This document shows, in pieces, positions 19,481 to 27,583 of a stretch of DNA of 64,000 bases. The notes under the pieces were generated by a model. That model ran no database searches. It saw only the letters and a list, made by a program, of their open reading frames with translations, and had not been told where the DNA came from. Each line of letters starts with the position of its first letter. Position 1 is the first letter of the stretch. Made by a program: the position numbers and the translations under genes. The DNA comes from a virus. The DNA lies in IMG/VR virus record IMGVR_UViG_3300037493_003528, positions 1 through 64,000 of that record; one strand, written 5' to 3'.

Positions 19481-21007
19481 ATGCTACAAACAACAGAAAT
19501 TAGCAGCATAGGAGAATTGGTAAAAAGCATATCTATACAGGTAAGTGGAACTAGTCAGTTTAGTAAGTTCCAAAGAATGTATAAGAATGATCGAATAGCA
19601 TTCGTGCATGATATTATGCCTAGATTAGGAAAAAGCATAACACCTTATCAGGAGGAGATATTAGGTTACTTTGATGAGGGAGAAAAGAGAGTAGCTGTAA
19701 GAGGACCACACGGTTTGGGAAAGACTTTCTTAGCGAGTATTATCGTGCATCATGGTTTACTTACCAGTGAGGAGGATTGCAAGATTCCCTGTACAGCTAG
19801 TGCATTTAGGCAGTTGGAAAAGTATTTGTTTCCTGAGATCAAAAAGAGCTCAACGTTTATAGCGTGGCCTGCTGTAGGAAGGCAACCTTATACGAGTTCT
19901 GGTGGAGGAAATTGTGAAATGCATCAAATGTCCATCAAGCTATCTGATGGCATGGTAGAAGCGTTTGCTGTAGCAAGCGATAACTATGCGTATATCGAGG
20001 GTGCTCATGCACGACGACTAATATATGTGTTTGATGAGGCAAAGACTATTCCAGATGGCATGTGGGATGCTGCTGAAGGAGCATTCTCCACAGAAGGCAT
20101 AGCATCAGACAACAAAGAAGACTACGCAAATGATAGTGAATGCTATGCATTTGCTATCAGCACTCCTGGTGCTCCATCAGGACGATTCTATGATATACAT
20201 ATGCATAAGGAAGGCTATGAGGACTGGAGAGTAAGGCACGTTACTCTCGATGAAGCTATTAATGCTGGTCGCATAGGAAAAGACTGGGCAGAGCGTAGAC
20301 TTAAGCAGTGGGGAGAAACGTCTAGTACGTACCAGAACAGAGTCCTAGGAGAGTTTGCAGACATGTCAGAGGAAGGAGTTATACCTTTATCTCATATAAA
20401 CATGGCAGTGGCTCGCTGGAAGGCTTGGGACGTGTCTGGACGACCTGTTTTAAAGGGTAGGAGAAGTATAGGAGTAGACGTGGCTAGGATGGGTGAAGAC
20501 AACACCGTACTGGCGTGCAGGGAGGCATCCACCGTCACAAACGTCCATACTTTTACAAAACTTCCGACCACGGCAGTTGCAGGACATGTCAAGCATTATT
20601 CGTCAGGTAGAATTATTAATATAGAAATGGATGGTGGACTTGGTGCAGCTGTATATGATATGCTCCACGAAGAAGGTGTGCCAATGCTTAAACCTATAAT
20701 AGTAAATGGCAAGACGCTTAAGCGAGATAAGTCTGGAGAGTTAAAGTTTGCTAACGTGCGTGCTGCTATGTGGTGGAATATGCGTGAACTACTGGATCCA
20801 GTAAATGGAGAAGGTGTTATGCTTCCACCTATTATTAAGTTGATTGGAGACCTGTCCGCACCGAAGTGGGAGATAAAGAAAGATGCTACTGTGTTCTTGG
20901 AGGATAAGAAATCCATACATGAGAGAATTGGTAGATCTACGGATTATGGAGATGCTGTGTGTCTGGCATTTTGGGAAAGCGGTGGCGGTGGAGGTGTGGT
21001 ATTTTAG
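19481..21007 (+). CDS. terL: terminase large subunit
   Basis: ITPYQ, Walker A RGPHGLGKT, Walker B YVFDEA, ISTP, nuclease GVDVARMGEDNT, STDYGDA. Confidence 0.93.
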   Translation: MLQTTEISSIGELVKSISIQVSGTSQFSKFQRMYKNDRIAFVHDIMPRLGKSITPYQEEILGYFDEGEKRVAVRGPHGLGKTFLASIIVHHGLLTSEEDCKIPCTASAFRQLEKYLFPEIKKSSTFIAWPAVGRQPYTSSGGGNCEMHQMSIKLSDGMVEAFAVASDNYAYIEGAHARRLIYVFDEAKTIPDGMWDAAEGAFSTEGIASDNKEDYANDSECYAFAISTPGAPSGRFYDIHMHKEGYEDWRVRHVTLDEAINAGRIGKDWAERRLKQWGETSSTYQNRVLGEFADMSEEGVIPLSHINMAVARWKAWDVSGRPVLKGRRSIGVDVARMGEDNTVLACREASTVTNVHTFTKLPTTAVAGHVKHYSSGRIINIEMDGGLGAAVYDMLHEEGVPMLKPIIVNGKTLKRDKSGELKFANVRAAMWWNMRELLDPVNGEGVMLPPIIKLIGDLSAPKWEIKKDATVFLEDKKSIHERIGRSTDYGDAVCLAFWESGGGGGVVF

Positions 21008-21037
21008 AGCGTAAAGGAACTTTAGATAAGGTGACTT

Positions 21038-21481
21038 ATGAAGCTAATATTCAAATCGTTTCCTAATCCTGGACATGAAGGAATCCCTGGACATCAAGGT
21101 GGGAGCCTTCCACGTGGTGAATCATCAAATAAGAAGACATTTAGGCACGGAACAAGTATTGAAAGTGCCGATAAAATTAGAACTGAGGGAATACGTAGAA
21201 ATAGTGCTAGTATAGGTGACAGAGCATCTTCAGTTTATTTTATGCAGGACAAAAGTGCTATTCGTGATTACGTCACAGACAAATACAACGAAAGTGATGA
21301 AGGATTTGCGATTGTTGAATTTGATGTACCAGAGGAATTTACTGACTCCATTTTGGAGGATGAAGAAGAAGGTGACTCCTTCAGAATGGAGAAGGATGTT
21401 CCTACAGAATGGATAAGAAATATTGAATACTATGATGCAAAAGGAAAATTCTCGAAGAGAATTGACATCACGAAAGTTTAG
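21038..21481 (+). CDS. leader-tagged ADP-ribosyltransferase-fold protein (H-G-T type, Tpt1/PARP-like)
   Basis: Leader MKLIFKSFPNPGHEGIPGHQGGSLPR; FRHGTS...IRTEGI...VYF...IVEFDVP...DVPTEWI. Confidence 0.65.
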   Translation: MKLIFKSFPNPGHEGIPGHQGGSLPRGESSNKKTFRHGTSIESADKIRTEGIRRNSASIGDRASSVYFMQDKSAIRDYVTDKYNESDEGFAIVEFDVPEEFTDSILEDEEEGDSFRMEKDVPTEWIRNIEYYDAKGKFSKRIDITKV

Positions 21482-21483
21482 TA
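21473..21483 (+). promoter_or_regulatory. AAAGTTTAGTA motif copy 4 (1 mismatch)
   Basis: At a gene end within the effector array. Confidence 0.45.
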
Positions 21484-21580
21484 TTGGTGAGGGTATATTT
21501 ATGTGGATAGATGTTATGTTCGAGATCGCGATTGTTATTCTGGCATTCCTGGGAATCGTGATCATAAACAAGAGGAAGAA

Positions 21581-22441
21581 ATGAGAATAGTGTTCAAGTC
21601 GTTTCCTGACCATAAAGGTATTCCTGGACATCAGGGAGGGTCAGTAGCACGTGGTGAAGATTCTAGTATTAATACTGTTTTTAGTAAATTTTCTTATGCT
21701 GATTATACAAAATCCAGTGATAAATCGTCTTTTATTAAGAATAACGTTAATAAAATATTTTCTGTCCTAGGAATAAAATCGAATGTTGAGATTGTCGATG
21801 ACAAAAAGTTCAGTGAGATATTTCACGATATTAAGGTATCTGCTGGCGCCACAATATTAGATGTTCATGCAGGATATCATGCTAAAAATAACATTGTGTA
21901 TTTGAGACAGAGCAGGTTGGATGCTGTTAAAAGTAAGAGTGATTACAGATTATACAAAAATGTTATCTATCATGAAATAGGACATGCTTATCATGCTGAT
22001 ATTCTGGGAATAAAAGTGCAGGATAAGGGTGAATATGGCTCAGGGTGGTGTGAGGACTTTGCAGATGATTTTGGAAATTGGATAGGATATTCAGAACGGT
22101 TGCATAATGTTTATACTGGAATATCCGTACCTATTAATTCTAGGGAACTTGCTAAAGCCACTGATTACAATTTACAGAGTTCTTTTGATGAGATGTTAAA
22201 GAGACACGAGAGAACAAAACAATTTGTTGGCAGATTTCCTTGTGCCAGGAGGTGTAAAATGAAGAAGATACTAAGAAAGACAACAGATAAAACAACAGTG
22301 ACAGAATTTGTGCCAGAAAATGAGAAAGACGTAAAGTTATTATCAGAGTTGGTTATAACTGGTAAAATACCTATAGACGTGGCTCACAAAAGAAAATACA
22401 AAAATGTTGTGAAGTGGAATAAAAATGAAATTAATATTTAA
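21581..22441 (+). CDS. leader-tagged zincin-like metallopeptidase (HEXXH)
   Basis: Start re-assigned to ATG 21581 (RBS GAGGAAG). Leader MRIVFKSFPDHKGIPGHQGGSVAR; YHEIGHAYH...CEDFAD. Confidence 0.7.
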   Translation: MRIVFKSFPDHKGIPGHQGGSVARGEDSSINTVFSKFSYADYTKSSDKSSFIKNNVNKIFSVLGIKSNVEIVDDKKFSEIFHDIKVSAGATILDVHAGYHAKNNIVYLRQSRLDAVKSKSDYRLYKNVIYHEIGHAYHADILGIKVQDKGEYGSGWCEDFADDFGNWIGYSERLHNVYTGISVPINSRELAKATDYNLQSSFDEMLKRHERTKQFVGRFPCARRCKMKKILRKTTDKTTVTEFVPENEKDVKLLSELVITGKIPIDVAHKRKYKNVVKWNKNEINI

Positions 22442-23153
22442 GACTTTCCCTAATCCTGGACATGAAGGAATCCCTGGACATCAGGGAGGTTCCCTCCCTC
22501 GAGGTGAATCTGCACCAAAACAAGGTAATGATGATGATGCTAAAATAAAAGCAAGTATGTCAAAGTTAGTAACTGTAGATCTTGCAACCATGGAAACTGA
22601 TCCCCCAAAGAAATATTGGATTACTCCACAAAGGGAAATAGTATCAGACACTGTAACAGTTGATCAGTCTCATGCCTTAATGCTTGCTAGACTTATATAT
22701 AGTAATCCAGAATTGGCAAAAGAAAATGGTTTAGATATAAATATTGATGACATCAAGAAAATGTTGGTGAATGATACATATGAGGATACTATATTAGAGG
22801 ATAAGGCTTATCATAATAGATACATGAAGGTGGAATTGAGAACAATTTCATTAAAGCACCCTGAAAAAGCTAACACCATTAGTATATTTACTGGAGAACT
22901 TAATAGTCCTGCATTAAAGAAAATTCAGGATAGGATGGATAAAGGTATGTTGCCAGCTACATATAAAACACCTGCAGGTAAGAAAGAATATTATAATATA
23001 GTATTGAGTGGTTTTTCTGGTGATAAAGTTGTGACGATTAAGACTAATTATAGTGAGCTTATGACATCCACTGGATTCTTTATACCAGAAGGTGATAATG
23101 CATATGAGGCAGGAACACTAAAACATATGAGGAAGGCTAGGTTGATAAAATGA
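22425..23153 (+). CDS. leader-tagged protein, unknown cargo
   Basis: MKLIFKTFPNPGHEGIPGHQGGSLPR. Confidence 0.75.
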   Translation: MKLIFKTFPNPGHEGIPGHQGGSLPRGESAPKQGNDDDAKIKASMSKLVTVDLATMETDPPKKYWITPQREIVSDTVTVDQSHALMLARLIYSNPELAKENGLDINIDDIKKMLVNDTYEDTILEDKAYHNRYMKVELRTISLKHPEKANTISIFTGELNSPALKKIQDRMDKGMLPATYKTPAGKKEYYNIVLSGFSGDKVVTIKTNYSELMTSTGFFIPEGDNAYEAGTLKHMRKARLIK

Positions 23154-24106
23154 GACTAATTTTCAGAACAAAATCGTTTCCAGATCCAGGTCATAGAGGT
23201 ATTCCAGGTCATAGAGGTGGCTCATTACCACGTAACGAATCTGCATCAGCACCTAAAGAAACACCTAAGGATAAAAAGAAAGTTGAAGAGCCTGCATACA
23301 CTACTGTTAGGACACCAGAATTATCTAAACAGTATAATGACATATTTAAGGGTAGTAAGGTGAATCCTGAAGGTATTGATACAATGGCTGTATACAAAAA
23401 TCCTGATGGAACATGGACTAAGGAAAGACAAGCGTTGCATGACAAAATAATTGATAGCTTTTTTGCTGGTAATACACCTATATTTCGTGCTGGAGAAACA
23501 CCAGTTTCGTATATTCTAGGTGGTGGTCCTGCATCTGGTAAGTCTACACTCGTAAAATCAGGTTTAGTGGATTTACCAAAAAATATGGTTTTTGCTGCTG
23601 CAGATGATATTAAACTTATGCTACCAGAATTTCAATTGTCTATGAAGATTAAGGATGTTGACGGTGCTATTTATGTACATGAGGAATCGTCATATATATC
23701 TAAGGAAATAATGAAAAGATCTGTAGCAGAAGGTTATAATATGCTTATGGATGGAACAGGTGATAATAATATTGAATCATTATCCAAAAAAGTTGTGGAT
23801 ATGAGAACATCAGGTCAGCCAGTGATAGGTTTATACGTAACTTGTGATACTGACATAGCAATTTCTAGGAGTTTGTCTAGAGCCGAGAAAACAGGTCGTT
23901 ATATACCTGAATCTGTTTTACGTAGTAATCACAAATCGGTGTCCATGATTTTCGAGGACATAGTTAAAGCTGGAATTATGGATTCTATATCTTTATACGA
24001 TACGTCTAGTGGTAAAGCTATTGTTATAGCAAGAGCAGTTAAAACAAAATTGGAAATTTTGGATGATAAAGCCTACAAGAGATTTCTTGCTAAGGCAAAG
24101 GAGTAA
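23150..24106 (+). CDS. leader-tagged zeta-toxin-family P-loop kinase
   Basis: Leader; ERQALHDKII, GGGPASGKST, ADDIK, HEESS, DGTG, RAEKTGRYIP. Confidence 0.85.
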   Translation: MRLIFRTKSFPDPGHRGIPGHRGGSLPRNESASAPKETPKDKKKVEEPAYTTVRTPELSKQYNDIFKGSKVNPEGIDTMAVYKNPDGTWTKERQALHDKIIDSFFAGNTPIFRAGETPVSYILGGGPASGKSTLVKSGLVDLPKNMVFAAADDIKLMLPEFQLSMKIKDVDGAIYVHEESSYISKEIMKRSVAEGYNMLMDGTGDNNIESLSKKVVDMRTSGQPVIGLYVTCDTDIAISRSLSRAEKTGRYIPESVLRSNHKSVSMIFEDIVKAGIMDSISLYDTSSGKAIVIARAVKTKLEILDDKAYKRFLAKAKE

Positions 24107-24108
24107 AA

Positions 24109-24282
24109 ATGGCACTAACATCTAAGGAAATAGAACAAATTGCTAAGGACGAAATGAGGGGTGTTAAACCGACAATTAAGGGTAAGGATGCCGATGAATT
24201 TAGGAAAAGGTTTGCTGTTGACATGGCATTAGCTAAGGAGAAGGGTTGGATAATAGAATTACCATTTGAGATACCTGAATAG
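24109..24282 (+). CDS. 57-aa protein (not in ORF track), candidate zeta antitoxin
   Basis: RBS AAGGAG; MALTSKEIEQIAKDEMRG...GWIIELPFEIPE*. Confidence 0.55.
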   Translation: MALTSKEIEQIAKDEMRGVKPTIKGKDADEFRKRFAVDMALAKEKGWIIELPFEIPE

Positions 24283-24284
24283 TT

Positions 24285-24947
24285 ATGTTAGTCATTGCTT
24301 ATTACAATAATGATGGTTATAGAAACATGGTCTGGAGACTTGCACAGTTGTGTAATTCTTGGGGCATTCCTTTTAGGTCATACTGCGATACATGGCTTAG
24401 GAAACAACCTGAATATAGGGCAAATATACCAATATTCTCTGCTAATAAAGGTGCAGGTTACTGGGCATGGAAGCCACTAATTATTTTGGATGCATTAAAG
24501 TCATCTGATGAAGTTGTGTACTTAGATTCATCAGTGGTTCCAGTAGATAAAGAAACTATTTGTGATTTTGTTAAATTTACAGATAGACTATGTTCTATAG
24601 AATATGCTGATGTAAATAAGATATGGACTAAGCGTGCATGTTTTGTTGGTATGAATTGTGATTATGAGAAATACTGGGATGCTAAACATGTGTGGGCAGG
24701 TGTTGTATCTGCAAAAGATTCTAGCATTGTAGAGGAATGGAAATATTACTGTTTGCAATATGATATTATTTCCGATTCTCCATGCGAAAATAACTTCCTA
24801 GAGTTTAAAGATCACAGACACGATCAGAGTATACTGGCAAATATTATTATAAAACATAAACAAAAATACCTAATTAACACAAAATTTTTGGATGTTAATA
24901 ATTATAGTCATAGACCTAAACCAAATAGATTTGAGGAGATGGTATGA
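24285..24947 (+). CDS. GT-A fold glycosyltransferase-like protein
   Basis: GAGYWAWKPLII, VYLDS, DHRHDQSIL. Confidence 0.65.
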   Translation: MLVIAYYNNDGYRNMVWRLAQLCNSWGIPFRSYCDTWLRKQPEYRANIPIFSANKGAGYWAWKPLIILDALKSSDEVVYLDSSVVPVDKETICDFVKFTDRLCSIEYADVNKIWTKRACFVGMNCDYEKYWDAKHVWAGVVSAKDSSIVEEWKYYCLQYDIISDSPCENNFLEFKDHRHDQSILANIIIKHKQKYLINTKFLDVNNYSHRPKPNRFEEMV

Positions 24948-25558
24948 CAGAGAATTTCTTCTCTTACGTATGGGATGGTGGTTATTATGAGGGAAATCCA
25001 TTGGATTATTTTAGTGTATTACACGCAACTTATTTGCGTTGTGTAAAGTCATATGTTAAATCTGATACTACAGCTTTGGAAATAGGTCCTGGTAAGGGTG
25101 CGTGGACATCATGTATGCTAAGTGCTAAGGATGTATGGTGCATTGATGCTTTACCAGTAGAAGACACACAGTTTGCATATACAAATATTGATAACATTAA
25201 ATATGTTCATGTTCACGATTATCTTATGCAGGAACTACCTGATAACTATTTTAGTTATGCATTTTCATATGGTTGTTTGTGTCATGTACCATTTGAGGGA
25301 ATAGAAGAGTATGCCAGAAATATGTTTGCAAAACTGTTGAGTGGAGCAGATGTTTTTTGGATGGTTGCAGATGATGAAAAGCACCGTATAGTAACTGGTA
25401 CTGGTATACCAGATGTTGGTCCAGGTCATTGGTATAATGCTGGCATAGAAAGAACTTGTAATATGCTAAAAGAAGTTGGATATCAAATTGTAGAGTCTGA
25501 TGTGAAAACTGTTTCACGAGATCCTGTCATATATTTCAAGAAGGCAAGTTTAGTATAG
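24944..25558 (+). CDS. class I SAM-dependent methyltransferase
   Basis: LEIGPGKGAWT, FSYAFSYGCLCHVP. Confidence 0.8.
   Translation: MTENFFSYVWDGGYYEGNPLDYFSVLHATYLRCVKSYVKSDTTALEIGPGKGAWTSCMLSAKDVWCIDALPVEDTQFAYTNIDNIKYVHVHDYLMQELPDNYFSYAFSYGCLCHVPFEGIEEYARNMFAKLLSGADVFWMVADDEKHRIVTGTGIPDVGPGHWYNAGIERTCNMLKEVGYQIVESDVKTVSRDPVIYFKKASLV
25545..25555 (+). promoter_or_regulatory. CAAGTTTAGTA motif copy 5
   Basis: Exact 11-mer at a gene end, 32 nt before ATG 25588. Confidence 0.55.
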
Positions 25559-25587
25559 TTATACTATACTAAATAGGTAGGTGGATC

Positions 25588-25827
25588 ATGGACACGAAAT
25601 ATTTTAGTTTTGATGAATGGCTTGCTGCAGTTGATAATATAATTAGTGAAGAATTGGGTGGTTTAACATCAATGGATCTCCCAGATAAAAATTATGTTGA
25701 TTGGTACTCTGATGGCATCTCTCCAGAATTAGCTGCAAATCGTGCTATTTCAGATAATTCTGATTTGGATGATGAGGATGAGGATGAGGATGAAGACGAT
25801 AATGATTATGAACGTGAAAGGTTATAA
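25588..25827 (+). CDS. small acidic protein
   Basis: FDEWLAAVD...DLPD..Y.DWY.DG.SP pattern seen in small phage proteins; D/E tail. Confidence 0.6.
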   Translation: MDTKYFSFDEWLAAVDNIISEELGGLTSMDLPDKNYVDWYSDGISPELAANRAISDNSDLDDEDEDEDEDDNDYERERL

Positions 25828-26474
25828 TGCCTTACATAATGTCTGAGTCGTGCCAAATTAGAAATTTGACATCTATATATGAGCTATATTTTCCTGATAA
25901 GGTCGATGGACTATTTGTTGATGTTGGAGCACATAACGGTTATGAGTTTTCCAATACATGGGGTCTGGCACAAGCAGGGTGGTCGGGAATTTGTGTAGAG
26001 CCTGTACCAGAATTAGCTGCAGATTGTAGGAAGTTGTATCTTGATAATAGTAAAATTACTACATTGGAAATGTGTATAGGTAATTTTACAGGAGAGGTAA
26101 AATTATACTTAACAGGCAATCCTACAATTGATGAGGAAACAGTTAATATGAGTCCGTGGGATTGTGTATATGATAAAAACAATTTTATGATGTCTCCAAT
26201 TTCTACTCTTGATGATGTACTCATCAAAAATGATATAACTTCCAAATTTCAAGTTTTGTCAATAGATGTAGAGGGTGCTGAATTACATGTTCTAACTGGT
26301 TTTACGTGGCAAATGTGGATGCCTAATATGATTATTATTGAGACTCACGAAAACAATCCAGACAGTAGAAAATCATATCACGTTGATGCGATAAATAAGT
26401 GGTTTGATGGAACAATATACCACAAAATACAGATTGATGGTTTAAATGCAATATACGTTTTGGATGTAAAATAA
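25827..26474 (+). CDS. FkbM-family methyltransferase
   Basis: FVDVGAHNG..FSNT, WSGICVEP, LSIDVEGAE, IIIE. Confidence 0.88.
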   Translation: MPYIMSESCQIRNLTSIYELYFPDKVDGLFVDVGAHNGYEFSNTWGLAQAGWSGICVEPVPELAADCRKLYLDNSKITTLEMCIGNFTGEVKLYLTGNPTIDEETVNMSPWDCVYDKNNFMMSPISTLDDVLIKNDITSKFQVLSIDVEGAELHVLTGFTWQMWMPNMIIIETHENNPDSRKSYHVDAINKWFDGTIYHKIQIDGLNAIYVLDVK

Positions 26475-26475
26475 T

Positions 26476-26652
26476 ATGGCTTTTCAGTGCAATGCTTTTC
26501 AGAATACTGGATTTCAGTCTTGTAAAAAGAAAAGTGGTGAAGCTACTTATCATCGTGTAGTGTTTCAGACCATAAGAAAGTTAGATGATGAAACTGCAAT
26601 AGCATTATTTGTTGCAGCTCGATCGCAGAAACGTAAAATAAAGATTGTATGA
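26476..26652 (+). CDS. 58-aa protein with AFQxNAFQ motif (not in ORF track), probable virion protein
   Basis: Hand translation MAFQCNAFQNTGFQSCKKK...KIKIV*. Confidence 0.45.
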   Translation: MAFQCNAFQNTGFQSCKKKSGEATYHRVVFQTIRKLDDETAIALFVAARSQKRKIKIV

Positions 26653-26665
26653 GGTATATTTAATT

Positions 26666-27184
26666 ATGAAAAATCTTGGTACAATGAAAACAGTCAGTGA
26701 GCCAGTTGATGCTAAACTGATTGGATGGTTCAAGAATCCTATAAAGCGTAAGAGTTGGAGAGCTAAGGATTTAATCCAGGATTTATTGGATGCTAGGTCA
26801 GAAGAAAGAATGCCGATAGAAACGTCTATTACATCAGAGCCAGAGGTCGTTACAGCACCAGTAACAGCACCAGTAACAGCACCAACAGAATTTACGTTTA
26901 ATATATCTGTTCCTGTTGCAGTTCATGTTCCTACAAATCCTACACCCAATGTTGTGGTAAATAATGAGGTTTTACCCACTCCTATTACTGTAGGCTCTCC
27001 ACAGGTCACTGTAAATCCTCAGGCTATAACTGTGGAGCCTGCAAATGTAGTTGTAAATAATGCTGTTCCTGTGCCAGAAGTTGTTGTTAACAATGAAATA
27101 AAGTTACAACCTTACAATGATTCTACTAACTTTTCTGTTGTGAGGGATGACAGTGGTAACATTACTGGCATAAAGGAAGAATAA
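26666..27184 (+). CDS. V/N/P-rich virion-associated protein
   Basis: RBS GAGGT; PNVVVNNEV repeats; C-terminal VVRDDSGNITG. Confidence 0.6.
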   Translation: MKNLGTMKTVSEPVDAKLIGWFKNPIKRKSWRAKDLIQDLLDARSEERMPIETSITSEPEVVTAPVTAPVTAPTEFTFNISVPVAVHVPTNPTPNVVVNNEVLPTPITVGSPQVTVNPQAITVEPANVVVNNAVPVPEVVVNNEIKLQPYNDSTNFSVVRDDSGNITGIKEE

Positions 27185-27187
27185 TTA

Positions 27188-27580
27188 ATGCCTGTAAAGC
27201 ATTCATTTGTAAATCCTATTGCGGATGAGCCTGGATACACTGGCACAAAGCCATCAGATTGGAATGCTATCCATTCTGGGACAAATGTACATGGGCACAC
27301 AGGGATTGATGATGGTGGTGTTATAACAATTGGTGGAGCTACTGGAGCTACTGGAGCTACTGGAGCAACTGGTCCTACGGGTGCTGGTATTGATGGAGCT
27401 ACTGGAGCAACTGGTCCTACGGGTGCTGGTATTGATGGAGCTACTGGAGCAACTGGTCCTACGGGTGCTGGTATTGATGGAGAAACTGGTTCTACAGGAG
27501 CAAGTGGAGCCACTGGACCACAAGGTTTTACAGGTGCTACCGGACCTGTCAGTAGTAACTATTTTCCAGGTGGATGGTAA
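27188..27580 (+). CDS. short collagen-like (Gly-X-Thr) fibre protein
   Basis: GAT/GPT triplets; N-terminal KHSFV...KPSDWNAIH. Confidence 0.8.
   Translation: MPVKHSFVNPIADEPGYTGTKPSDWNAIHSGTNVHGHTGIDDGGVITIGGATGATGATGATGPTGAGIDGATGATGPTGAGIDGATGATGPTGAGIDGETGSTGASGATGPQGFTGATGPVSSNYFPGGW
27353..27478 (+). repeat. 3 x 42-nt perfect tandem repeat ([14 protein letters not shown])
   Basis: ggagctactggagcaactggtcctacgggtgctggtattgat x3. Confidence 0.85.
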
Positions 27581-27583
27581 CAA

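Noticed and set aside
19556-19566. CAGTTTAGTAA inside terL as a promoter copy
   Set aside because: Imperfect match, intragenic, and no nearby downstream start.
13351-23230. Leader repeats as a CRISPR array or DNA-only repeat
   Set aside because: Copies are in-frame coding, vary at synonymous sites, and are separated by gene-length sequences; no cas genes.
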